From: an uncultured Akkermansia sp.
GTDB taxonomy: Bacteria > Verrucomicrobiota > Verrucomicrobiia > Limisphaerales > UBA9464
NCBI GenBank assembly: GCA_964430505.1
Contig: CAYSGH010000017.1
Coordinates: 659-64,658, forward strand
Direction: 5' to 3'
Length of the DNA stretch: 64,000 nt
The notes beneath the pieces were generated by a model. That model saw nothing but the letters and a program-made list of their open reading frames with translations. It was not told where the DNA came from and searched no databases. Of this stretch, positions 48,282 to 56,848 are shown in pieces (the first letter of the stretch is position 1; every line of letters starts with the position of its first letter). Made by a program: the position numbers and the translations under genes.

Positions 48282-48309
48282 GGAGGAAGGAGGAAGGAGG
48301 AAGGAGGAA
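48282..48309. repeat. Tandem heptamer (GGAGGAA)x4 inside a 90-nt purine-rich tract
   Basis: Hand count shows four perfect GGAGGAA units at 48282-48309. There is an uninterrupted purine run at 48279-48316. Only 8 pyrimidines occur in 48241-48330. It lies in the divergent spacer between the esterase (start 48193, minus) and ygfZ (start 48393, plus). Confidence 0.9.
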
Positions 48310-48392
48310 GGGGGGACGCAGCGGGGAGGATTTCACTTGGATTGGGTCTTGCGGGGGACGTTGCATGGACGCAGGAGATCGCGGGCGGCGGC

Positions 48393-49496
48393 ATGGCGAG
48401 GAAGCGCATGAAACAATCATTGGCATTGCACGAGGCACACGAGGCATTGGGGGCGGCGCTGGGCGAGGTGGCGGGATGCGAGGTGGTGTTGCACTACGGG
48501 GACGCGGCGGCCGAGCACCGTGCGCTGGCGACGACGGCGGCCGTCCTGGACCTGGGGTTTCGGGGGCGGTTTTGCCTCACGGGATCAGACCGCGTGCGGT
48601 TGCTGCACGGGCAGGTGACCAACGACGTCCAGGGCCTTGGGCCGTTGCAGGGCTGCTACGCGGCGTTCGTGACGAACAAGGGCAAGATGCAGGCGGACGC
48701 GTTCGTGTATGCGTTGCCCGACGAGTTGCTGGTGGATGTGGAACCGGGGCGCACGGCGCTGCTTCTGGAGCGCTTGGAGCATTACATCGTCGCGGACGAC
48801 GTGCAGTGCATCGACGTGGCGCCGCACTATGGGTTGCTGTCGGTGCAGGGCCCGCGCTCGGCGAGGGTGTTGGGCCGCGTGGGGTTGGGGGTGGAGGGAC
48901 TGGCGAGGCCATTGTCGATGGTGCACGTGGCGGATGGCGTGATGGGGGACCTGTACGTGGCGGCCCATGCGAGGGCGGGCACGGCGGGGTTTGATGTGTT
49001 CGTGCCGTTGGCGGCGCAGGCGATGTTGCTGGACAAGTTGGTGGCGGCGGCCCGCGACGAGGGCGGCCGGCTGGCGGGCTGGGATGCGTTGGAATTGGCG
49101 CGCATCGAGTCGGGCATCCCGCGGTTTGGGGCCGACATGGACGATACGAACCTGCCGCCCGAGGCGGGGATCGAGGGGCGGGCGGTGAGCTACGCGAAGG
49201 GGTGCTACATCGGGCAGGAGGTGATTGCGCGGGTGCGAACGTACGGGCAGGTGGCGAAGGCGCTGCGCGGGTTGCGCGTGGAGGCGGGGGGCGTTGTTCC
49301 CGTGTCCGGCGACCGTTTGATGAGGGAAGGCAAGGACGTGGGCTACCTGACGAGCGTGGCGCGGTCGGATCGGGCCGGCGGCGTGATCGCGCTGGGGTAC
49401 GTGCGTCGTGAATGCAACGCGACGGGCACGTCGTTGGTGGCACGGACGGCCTCGGGAGACGTTGGGGTGGTGGTGGCTCCGGTGCCGTTCGTGTAG
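48393..49496 (+). CDS. ygfZ: Folate-binding YgfZ / GcvT-like protein
   Basis: Contains FCLTGSDRVRLLHGQVTNDV and the COG0354 signature KGCYIGQEVIARV. Start is 48393 or 48408. Confidence 0.85.
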   Translation: MARKRMKQSLALHEAHEALGAALGEVAGCEVVLHYGDAAAEHRALATTAAVLDLGFRGRFCLTGSDRVRLLHGQVTNDVQGLGPLQGCYAAFVTNKGKMQADAFVYALPDELLVDVEPGRTALLLERLEHYIVADDVQCIDVAPHYGLLSVQGPRSARVLGRVGLGVEGLARPLSMVHVADGVMGDLYVAAHARAGTAGFDVFVPLAAQAMLLDKLVAAARDEGGRLAGWDALELARIESGIPRFGADMDDTNLPPEAGIEGRAVSYAKGCYIGQEVIARVRTYGQVAKALRGLRVEAGGVVPVSGDRLMREGKDVGYLTSVARSDRAGGVIALGYVRRECNATGTSLVARTASGDVGVVVAPVPFV

Positions 49497-49555
49497 CGAG
49501 GAGAGGGTCGGGTGTTCGCCGCGCACAGGCGCGGAGGGGTGCCCGGTGGCACGCG

Positions 49556-50437
49556 TTATTGGATGAGGAGCCGGTAGTAGCCGGTCGTGCCCGTGGGCCC
49601 TTGAACCGTCAGGGAATGAACCGTGCCGTTGCCTAGGACGGGGCCCCAGAGAGCCCTCCATGCGGTGGGCTCGACCCCCGTGGAAAACAAGAGCGCATAC
49701 CTGCGTTCCTTTTCCATGGCGAATTGGACGGTTGCATTGCCAACCCAGCCTGGGATGGGCGGATTTCTTGGGGGGCTGGGCAGGTATTGGAGCGTGGCGT
49801 CCGCTTGAAGGTGGAATCGAAGGACGGGCGACGGCATGTGCCATGGCCCGCCGTCCGGCGCGGACGTGCTCACGTCAACGGCACGAATGCCGAGGGTGTA
49901 GAGGCCCGGGGTGGCGGTGGTGAAGTAACGGCCGTGGATGTGTCCGTACGGGTCCGAGCCGGGCGATCCATCGCCTTCGCTGAGGGTGAAACGCCACGTC
50001 CCGTTGGTGGCTCCCACGGGCACGCGGAAGGTGATGGAGTCGGACTCCGCGACGCCGTCGGAGTCCCAGAAGGCGATCTCACCGCCATGGGGTCCCTCCA
50101 GGGACACGACCTCCGCGACGATGCGGGAGCCCAAGGCGGCGCGCCACGGGTCGGGGCCGCCGTTGTCGGGCGTGGCAGGGAGGGCGGTGATGGTGAGGGA
50201 GCCGGCGCGGTAGAGACCCTTGTGGAGCCCGTTGGTCTGGAGGGGCATGGGCAGGAACCACGCGGAATTGGTCGAGAACACGTTGCCGTTGATGAAGGAC
50301 AACGGGACGTCCTTCTGGGGGCGGGAGGCCCCGACGTTGAGGTGGAGGTGCTGGGCATGGAGGACGGATGACGCGAGGGAGACGGGTGCCAGGATGCCCC
50401 AAGCGGCACGAAGCAGGGATGACATGGACGCGTTCAT
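49556..50437 (-). CDS. Secreted hypothetical protein with choice-of-anchor-M/TIGR03769-like motifs and YYRL-type C-terminal module
   Basis: ATG at comp. 50435-50437 gives MNASMSSLLRAAWGILAPVSLASSVLHA. SLEGPHGGEIAFWDSD and DPYGHIHGRYFTTATPGLYTLGIRAVD resemble the GPG... and HxHxxxxFxxxGxY blocks of that domain (from memory). Ends ...TGYYRLLIQ. Confidence 0.6.
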   Translation of the reverse strand: MNASMSSLLRAAWGILAPVSLASSVLHAQHLHLNVGASRPQKDVPLSFINGNVFSTNSAWFLPMPLQTNGLHKGLYRAGSLTITALPATPDNGGPDPWRAALGSRIVAEVVSLEGPHGGEIAFWDSDGVAESDSITFRVPVGATNGTWRFTLSEGDGSPGSDPYGHIHGRYFTTATPGLYTLGIRAVDVSTSAPDGGPWHMPSPVLRFHLQADATLQYLPSPPRNPPIPGWVGNATVQFAMEKERRYALLFSTGVEPTAWRALWGPVLGNGTVHSLTVQGPTGTTGYYRLLIQ

Positions 50438-50489
50438 GCGTTTCTCGTGCAAGGCTGTTGGCGTTCCCATGCCGAAGGCAATCGTGTTG

Positions 50490-51194
50490 TCAGGGCGGAT
50501 CTGCTGGCCTGCGGCCATCGGGCCGGACCCAGCGGGATCCCTCCTGGCCGAGCAACGGCCGGAGCATCAGCCAGCGCATGGACTGCACATGGGCGTCGGC
50601 AAACAAGTAGTTGGCGGAGCCCCGATGCCGCTCGACGGCGACTTGCCCGGCGAAGGCATGGGTTCCGAAGCCGCCGCTGGCGGCGTCGGCGAAGTGGAAG
50701 TGATCCGAGCCCTCAAAGTCGGGCGCCGCCTCGGCGAGGTGGAGGGTTTCGGATGGCGCGGGGATGGCGGTCAGGCGGGAGAAGTCGGCGAGGCGTTCGC
50801 CGTAGGGGGATGGGGTGAGGAAGTCGTTGATCGCGTAGCTGGTGAGCCGGGAGCGGTGGGTGTCGGCGGGGCAACGATAGACGTTGGTGAGCCCGTAGCG
50901 TGCGAGCCGGGAGATCCAGGACGCGCCTTGGTGGGCCGACTGTGGGAGGCGATCGTTGTTCTCGTCCGCGTAGAGGGCGCAGCCCAAGCCGAGTTGGCGG
51001 AGCTGGGACGTGCAACGGATGGCGATGGCACGCGAGCGGGCTTGGGAAAGGGCCGGGAGAAGGAGCCCGGCGAGGACCGCGATGATGGCGATGACAACGA
51101 GGAGCTCGACGAGCGTGAAGGCCCCCCGACGACGCACGCCGTCGAGGGGCCATGTCGGCCCATGCTTGGATTCGCTGGATGCAAGGAAGGACAT
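50490..51194 (-). CDS. Prepilin-type N-terminal methylation-site protein, H-X9-DG-like (DA variant)
   Basis: ATG at comp. 51192-51194. Leader is [26 protein letters not shown]. The C-terminal [13 protein letters not shown] has H-X9-DA instead of DG. Confidence 0.8.
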   Translation of the reverse strand: MSFLASSESKHGPTWPLDGVRRRGAFTLVELLVVIAIIAVLAGLLLPALSQARSRAIAIRCTSQLRQLGLGCALYADENNDRLPQSAHQGASWISRLARYGLTNVYRCPADTHRSRLTSYAINDFLTPSPYGERLADFSRLTAIPAPSETLHLAEAAPDFEGSDHFHFADAASGGFGTHAFAGQVAVERHRGSANYLFADAHVQSMRWLMLRPLLGQEGSRWVRPDGRRPADPP

Positions 51195-51220
51195 GGGCCG
51201 ACGCGCGAGTGGTTCCGGGC

Positions 51221-52030
51221 CTATCGGCTGCGCCGGTTCCAGCCGAGCAGGAGCGTGAGGGCTCCGAGCCCACCCAGCGCCCACGAGGAGGGCTCGGGAA
51301 CGGGGCTCACGTTGAGCGTGACGGACATCCCGTAGGCCTTCCCGGCATCGACGGACGTCTTGTTGGCCCTGTCCACGCCCCCGATGAAGACGGTGTAGTC
51401 GCCGGGCGCGAGCGCGCCGTGCAACTGCACGAGGCCATCGCGGTCGTCGTCCGATGCGGACAGCCGATACTGGAAGGAGCTCAGTTGCGTGAAGTCACCA
51501 GGAAGGTCGCCGTCGCCGCCGATCTGCCAGTTGCCGGTGGCGTTCCAGCTTCCGTCGGTGGCGTTCCAGTCGAGGTTGGCCCCGAGGTTGGCGCGGGCAT
51601 AGGCCGTGCGCCACGCCAGCGAGGCATCAGATCCGTCATGGTCGGCGCTGGAAGCCAGCGTGGTTTGCGTGGGCGGGAACGGCGCGATCCCGGCGAGGCC
51701 GGCATACACGGAGACGCCAGGCAGGAGCCCGCCGATGGAGGTCGCGGTGGCCCTTGGGTTGGCATGGACCGTCAGGGAGACCCACGCGTCGCCCGTGAGC
51801 GTGAACCGGAAGGCGCGGCCCCTGTGGCTGTCGCCGAGCGACGCGTCGGCGGCATCGATCCAGCCATAGTTGCCGGTGACGGCTTGGTTGGTGATGGAGA
51901 GGGACGCGGCGTTGAGCCCGGTGAACGAGCCGAAGTTGCGTCCGGTATAGCCGATGTGGGCCATCGCCGACGGGGCGATGGCGGAGAGCGCCGCCGACAA
52001 GGCGAGCGCATGGGAACGACGAATCTTCAT
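51221..52030 (-). CDS. PEP-CTERM sorting-domain protein
   Basis: ATG at comp. 52028-52030 gives signal peptide [24 protein letters not shown]. The C-terminus [26 protein letters not shown] is a PEP motif, TM helix and basic tail. Confidence 0.8.
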   Translation of the reverse strand: MKIRRSHALALSAALSAIAPSAMAHIGYTGRNFGSFTGLNAASLSITNQAVTGNYGWIDAADASLGDSHRGRAFRFTLTGDAWVSLTVHANPRATATSIGGLLPGVSVYAGLAGIAPFPPTQTTLASSADHDGSDASLAWRTAYARANLGANLDWNATDGSWNATGNWQIGGDGDLPGDFTQLSSFQYRLSASDDDRDGLVQLHGALAPGDYTVFIGGVDRANKTSVDAGKAYGMSVTLNVSPVPEPSSWALGGLGALTLLLGWNRRSR

Positions 52031-52291
52031 GGTGCGGAACAAATCCAACGGAGTGAATGCCCCCCTGTGGCTCGTCGCACGCGCGGCGCGCCGGGAAGGG
52101 CGTGGGATGCCCATGACACGGCAACGACCGCGATGGTGCGGGGTGCCTTCGGGGATGGATGCGGCCGTGGTCCCGGGCATGGGCCACCCGGTGGGCCGAG
52201 GGAACGCCGTGCCACGGCAAGCGATGCCGGGACGTGCGGCGTGAAGGGCGGGACGTTGGGTGCCTAGGGCGGATCGGACGGACCGGACGGC

Positions 52292-52693
52292 TCAGGCAAA
52301 CCGGATGGGGCGGGGTGGCGGGACGGGCGGGGTGTGGGGGCGGCGAGCCCAGAAGATGGGGGCGGATGCGACCGTCACTCGGTGCAGGGCGGGAGCGGCC
52401 CATTCGAGGGCGTCGGCCGGGGAGGCGAGCTCGAGCTTGGGCAAGTTGGGCGCTGCGTGGCTGGGGCTCGAATCCCTCGCGGAGTCGGCGGCCTTCGAGC
52501 GAACCCAGACGCAGAGGCGGCATGGGTGTTGGCCGTCGAAGGTCTTGCTGAGGGCGGCCGGGATGGAATCGCCGGAGCGCATGAATCCCGCGAACATCAG
52601 GGACCACGCAACGGATTGCAGCAGGGCCAAATGGAGGCCAAGGCTGGCAACCAGCCAACCCACCCACCACGCGCGTGACCACCGGCCCATCAC
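52292..52693 (-). CDS. Small membrane protein with LQSVAW...FDGxHPCxLC motif, function unknown
   Basis: 133 aa. Has an N-terminal TM helix (WWVGWLVASLGLHLALLQSVAWSLMFAGF), then AALSKTFDGQHPCRLCVWV, then a Pro-rich tail. Coding status is inferred from ORF length and TM/motif structure only. Confidence 0.5.
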   Translation of the reverse strand: MMGRWSRAWWVGWLVASLGLHLALLQSVAWSLMFAGFMRSGDSIPAALSKTFDGQHPCRLCVWVRSKAADSARDSSPSHAAPNLPKLELASPADALEWAAPALHRVTVASAPIFWARRPHTPPVPPPRPIRFA

Positions 52694-52813
52694 CGGAAGA
52701 CGTTATGCGCGGTGCGTGGTGAAGGGGTCAAGCGTTGGCTCGGCACGAGGACGAGGGCCGGCTTTTGCTCCAGCACCGACGGGCATGGGCGGACGAGGCG
52801 TGCCCGAAACCGG

Positions 52814-53899
52814 CTATCGTGGCGGTCCGTCGGCACGGACAAGGAGCCAGGCGCCGATGGCTTGGAAGAGCAGGTTGGGGATCCAGAGGATGAGGTGGGG
52901 ACGGAGGTCGGCGCGCGTTTCGAGGGATTGGCCGAGGATGATGAAGGCGTAGTAGGCGGTGAGGAGGAGAAGGGCGAGGGCGACGCCGATGTTGGTCTCG
53001 CGTCGGTGGGAGCGGAGGCCGAGGGGAATGCCCACGAGGGTGAAGCCAATGCAGGCGAAGGAGAACGAGAGCTGCCGGTGCATGTGGACGCGGATGGGGG
53101 ACAGGGCGTCGCCGGAGTCGCGTCGGCGGGCGAGTTCCTCCTGGAGCTGGCGGTAGGTCATCTCGGAGGGCTTGGGCTTGACCAGGGAGTCCGGCCGGAG
53201 ATTGGAGAGGTTGGTGGTCCATTCGGAGAGGAACCCGGGGACCTGGAGGTTGTTGAGGGACACGATGCCCTGGGCGTTGCGGAGGACGAGGGCGTCGGGC
53301 CAGCCGTTGGTGTCGAGGGAGAAGGCTCCCTCGGGCGCCCACAGGTCGAGCGAGCGACGGCCCTCGCTGACCTGGTACACGAGGATGTCGGAGAGGTTGG
53401 TCCCGGAGGCGGAGCGGGCGTAGAGGGTGAGCGATCCGAAGTCGAGGTAGCGTCCGGCGATGAGGGACGAGAAGCCCTTGGCCCGCAGGATGTCCTGCTG
53501 GACCTGCTTGAAGGCCACGCGGCTGGCCGGGGCGACATGGCAGTTGAACGCGAGGCACAGCCCGGACAAGAGGATGCTGAGGCCGACGACGGGGGCGACG
53601 GAGGAGACGAGGCTGATGCCGCCGGCGCGCAGGGCGGTGATCTCGCCGTCGGCGCTGAGCCGTCCGAAGACGAGCAACGCGGCGGTGAGCATCCCGATGG
53701 GCAGTGCGAAGGCCAGGGCGAAGGGAATGAGAAGCAGGATGGAACGTCCGACCAACAGCAGGGACGCGCGGCCGCTGGCGAGGAGGTCGAGGACGTCCTT
53801 GAGGATGTTGCCCAGGAGCAGGACGAAGGTGAACACCGCGACCGTGACCAGCAGCGTGGCGAGGGTCTCGCCGAGGAGATGGCGATGGAGCGTTCTCAC
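52814..53899 (-). CDS. LptF/LptG-family LPS export permease
   Basis: The track ORF is over-extended. GTG at comp. 53897-53899 (GTGA overlap with the mtnA stop) gives VRTLHRHLLGETLATLLVTVAVFTFVLLLGNILKD... Also has RLSADGEITALRAGGISL, typical of YjgP/YjgQ permeases. Confidence 0.85.
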   Translation of the reverse strand: MRTLHRHLLGETLATLLVTVAVFTFVLLLGNILKDVLDLLASGRASLLLVGRSILLLIPFALAFALPIGMLTAALLVFGRLSADGEITALRAGGISLVSSVAPVVGLSILLSGLCLAFNCHVAPASRVAFKQVQQDILRAKGFSSLIAGRYLDFGSLTLYARSASGTNLSDILVYQVSEGRRSLDLWAPEGAFSLDTNGWPDALVLRNAQGIVSLNNLQVPGFLSEWTTNLSNLRPDSLVKPKPSEMTYRQLQEELARRRDSGDALSPIRVHMHRQLSFSFACIGFTLVGIPLGLRSHRRETNIGVALALLLLTAYYAFIILGQSLETRADLRPHLILWIPNLLFQAIGAWLLVRADGPPR

Positions 53900-55044
53900 T
53901 TCTTGGGCGGCAGGTCCCGGGCACTGGGCACGGTCGCCAAGCGGACGCTGGGTTGCGCCTTCAGGAGGCCCCTCAGCCCCGCGCGGGTCGCGTCGCACGT
54001 GCCGGCCTCGGTGATGAATCCGGTGACGAGGTGGAAGGGGGTGACGTCGAAGGCGTCGTTGCGCGCGGGCGACGCCTCGGGCGTGACGCGGACCCCGACG
54101 ACGCGGCCCCGTGCGTCGGTGCCGGAGAGGTGCGTGACCTCGCGCTGGGAACGTTGCTCGATGGGAATGCCGCGCACGCCGTCGTCGAGGGTCCAGTCGA
54201 TGGTGGACATGGGAAAGGCCACGTGGAACGGGACGCGATGGGCGTGGGCGGCGAGGGCCTTGAGGTAGGTGCCGACCTTGTTGGCGACGTCGCCGCGGCG
54301 CGTGACGCGGTCGGCCCCAACAATGACGACATCGACGAGTCCGCGCTGGAGCAGGTGACCGGCGGCGTTGTCGGCAACGACGGCGTGCGGGACGCCATGG
54401 TCCCCGAGCTCCCAGGCGGTGAGGGAGGCTCCTTGGTTGCGCGGGCGGGTTTCGCTGACCCAGACATGGATGGGGATGCCGGCGTCGTGCGCGAGGTACA
54501 TGGGGGCGGTGGCGGTGCCCCACGCGACGGCCGCGAGGCGTCCGGCGTTGCAATGGGTCATGATGCGGACGGGCTCGCCACGGCGGCGGCGGGCCATGCG
54601 GCGGAGGACCTGGAGGCCGTGGAGTCCGAGGGCGTGGTTGGCGGCGACGTCGTGTTCGGCGACCTCGGCGGCCTTGAGGAAGGCGGCTTCACGACGCTGG
54701 GCCTGCGGGAGCGGGGCCAGGTGGGCACGCATGAGGTCCAGCGCCCAGCGCAGGTTCACGGCCGTGGGGCGCGTGGCGATGAGGACGTTGTAGGCATGGC
54801 CGACGTTGGAATCCGACGCGTCCTCGGCCATGGCCAAGGCCATGCCGTAGGCAGCCGTGACGCCAATCAACGGCGCGCCGCGGATGATCATGTCGGAGAT
54901 CGCGCGGGCGGCGTCGGCCAACGTGCGCAACGTGACGGTCTCGACGCGGTGCGGGAGGCGCGTTTGGTCGAGGACGACGACGGATCGCGCGTCCTGGCCG
55001 AGCCAGAGGGAGCGCTTGGGGCCTTGGGGGTTCTGGGCGGGCAT
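53896..55044 (-). CDS. mtnA: S-methyl-5-thioribose-1-phosphate isomerase
   Basis: Contains VVVLDQTRLPH, IRGAPLIGVTAAYG, ATRPTAVNL, THCNAG, ETRPRNQGA, GADRV..RGDVANKVGTY and FDVTP. Confidence 0.9.
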   Translation of the reverse strand: MPAQNPQGPKRSLWLGQDARSVVVLDQTRLPHRVETVTLRTLADAARAISDMIIRGAPLIGVTAAYGMALAMAEDASDSNVGHAYNVLIATRPTAVNLRWALDLMRAHLAPLPQAQRREAAFLKAAEVAEHDVAANHALGLHGLQVLRRMARRRRGEPVRIMTHCNAGRLAAVAWGTATAPMYLAHDAGIPIHVWVSETRPRNQGASLTAWELGDHGVPHAVVADNAAGHLLQRGLVDVVIVGADRVTRRGDVANKVGTYLKALAAHAHRVPFHVAFPMSTIDWTLDDGVRGIPIEQRSQREVTHLSGTDARGRVVGVRVTPEASPARNDAFDVTPFHLVTGFITEAGTCDATRAGLRGLLKAQPSVRLATVPSARDLPPKK

Positions 55045-55071
55045 GGTCTAGGAAAGGGATGCGGCGGGCCT

Positions 55072-56553
55072 TCAGGCGAGGATGGGCTTCACGACATGGC
55101 CGTGGACGTCCGTGAGGCGGAAGTCGCGGCCTTGGAAGCGATAGGTGAGGCGTTCGTGGTCGATGCCGAGGAGGTGGAGGAGGGTGGCTTGCAGGTCGTG
55201 CACATGGACGCCATCGGCGACGACGTTCATGCCGAGGTCGTCGGTCTCGCCGTACGAGAAGCCGGGACGGATGCCGCCGCCGGCGATCCAGGTGGTGTAG
55301 GCGTAGGGGTGATGGTCGCGTCCCCAGCGTGGGCGGTCGTTGATGTTGCCTTGGATGAACGGCGTGCGGCCGAACTCTCCGCCCCAGACGACGAGCGTGT
55401 CCTCGAGGAGGCCGCGGCGTTCGAGATCCAGGACGAGGGCGGCAGAGGGCTGGTCCGTGTCGCGGCACTGGTGGTAGAGCTCGGTGGTGAGGGAGTTGTG
55501 CTGGTCCCAGCCGGCGTGCATGAGCTGGACGCAGCGGACGCCGCGCTCGAGGAGGCGCCGGGCCATGAGGCAGTTGTAGGCGAACGTGCCCGGCGTCCGC
55601 ACGTCGGGGCCGTACTCGCGGAGGACGGAGTCGGGCTCGCGGGAGATGTCCGAGAGCTCGGGCACGGAGGCCTGCATTTGGAAGGCCATCTCGTACTGGG
55701 CGATGCGCGCCTGGATCTCGGGGTCGCCCCAGTCCTCGTGGTGCTGGCGGTTGAGGGCGGCGAGGTCGTCAAGCATGGCCCGGCGCACGGGGCGTTCGAT
55801 GCCCGCCGGGTTGTCGAGGTACAGCACGGGCTCGGCGGAGCCGCGGAACTTGACCCCTTGGTGTCGGGACGGGAGGAAGCCGGAGCCCCAGTAGAAGTCG
55901 TAGAAGATCTGGCCGCACGTGGTGTTGCGGGTGACGGACGTCATGGCGACGAACGCGGGGAGGTTGTCGGCCTCGGACCCGAGCCCGTACCCGAGCCATG
56001 CGCCGAGGGTGGGGCGGCCGGGGAGCTGGGAGCCGGAGAGCATCAGGGAGATGGCCGGCGCGTGGTTCACGGCGTCGGTGTGCATTCCCTTCACGAAGCA
56101 GAGCCGGTCGGCGATGCCGGCGATGTGGGGGAGGAAGTTGGAGACCCACGCTCCGGACTGGCCGCGTTGATGGAAGGGCTCGACGGGCGCGAGCAGGAGC
56201 TTGCCATCGGCCTTGCCGGTCATGGTGCTGAAGCGCTTGCCGCCGATGTAGGAGTCCGGGAGCGGCTTGCCGTGGTCGCGCACGAGGCGGGGCTTGTAGT
56301 CGAAGAGATCGACGTGGGTGGGCGCGCCGTTTTGGAAGAGATAGACGATGCGCTTGGCGCGGGGCTTGTAGTGGAAGTTGCCCCCGGCGAGCCCGGGCGC
56401 GGCCGCGTTGCCGTCACGCGACAGGAGATGGGCCAGAGCCGCCGTGCCCAGGCCCGTGGCACTGCGGCCGAGGAAGGCGCGTCGGGAAAGGTAGGGGTGT
56501 CGAGGACATGGGATCGAGGCGAGGTTTTGGGTTCCCGATGGCATGGAAGGCAT
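55072..56553 (-). CDS. DUF1501 domain protein (sulfatase-like, Tat signal)
   Basis: ATG at comp. 56551-56553. Tat-type leader is SRRAFLGRSATGLGTAALAHLL. Also HDNH-like GWDQH and GGEFGRTP, typical of DUF1501 partners of PSD1 proteins. Confidence 0.88.
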   Translation of the reverse strand: MPSMPSGTQNLASIPCPRHPYLSRRAFLGRSATGLGTAALAHLLSRDGNAAAPGLAGGNFHYKPRAKRIVYLFQNGAPTHVDLFDYKPRLVRDHGKPLPDSYIGGKRFSTMTGKADGKLLLAPVEPFHQRGQSGAWVSNFLPHIAGIADRLCFVKGMHTDAVNHAPAISLMLSGSQLPGRPTLGAWLGYGLGSEADNLPAFVAMTSVTRNTTCGQIFYDFYWGSGFLPSRHQGVKFRGSAEPVLYLDNPAGIERPVRRAMLDDLAALNRQHHEDWGDPEIQARIAQYEMAFQMQASVPELSDISREPDSVLREYGPDVRTPGTFAYNCLMARRLLERGVRCVQLMHAGWDQHNSLTTELYHQCRDTDQPSAALVLDLERRGLLEDTLVVWGGEFGRTPFIQGNINDRPRWGRDHHPYAYTTWIAGGGIRPGFSYGETDDLGMNVVADGVHVHDLQATLLHLLGIDHERLTYRFQGRDFRLTDVHGHVVKPILA

Positions 56554-56573
56554 GTTGGGGGGCGACGGGAAAC

Positions 56574-56792
56574 TCAGCCGAGCTGTCTGAGGATGTCCGC
56601 CTTGGCCTGGTTCCATTCGAGGAACCTGGATTCGCCGGACGCGATGCGTTGCTCGCGTTCCGCGAGGACGTGCTGGTGCCCTTCCGGGGACATCACGTCT
56701 TCGGGATGGCGGCTGAGGTCCATCCAGACGGCCTCCAGCAACCGAAGCTTTTCCTGGGTCATCATCGAGCGCAGCAACCTCCCGGTCGCCAT
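56574..56792 (-). CDS. Putative addiction-module antitoxin-like protein (TIGR02574 / Unstab_antitox-like)
   Basis: MATGRLLRSMMTQEKLRLLEAVWMDLSRHPEDVMSPEGHQHVLAEREQRIASGESRFLEWNQAKADILRQLG fits the pattern eKl.Lie.lWdsL...P.wh...L.eR...i.sG...f.dW...K. Alternative starts are at 56765 (MMTQ) and 56852 (the latter is an ATGA overlap with the PSD1 stop). Confidence 0.6.
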   Translation of the reverse strand: MATGRLLRSMMTQEKLRLLEAVWMDLSRHPEDVMSPEGHQHVLAEREQRIASGESRFLEWNQAKADILRQLG

Positions 56793-56848
56793 GCGACGAG
56801 GCTGCGCCCCTTGGGGTTTGGACGCCATCGACTTGATTCGTGACCGCT

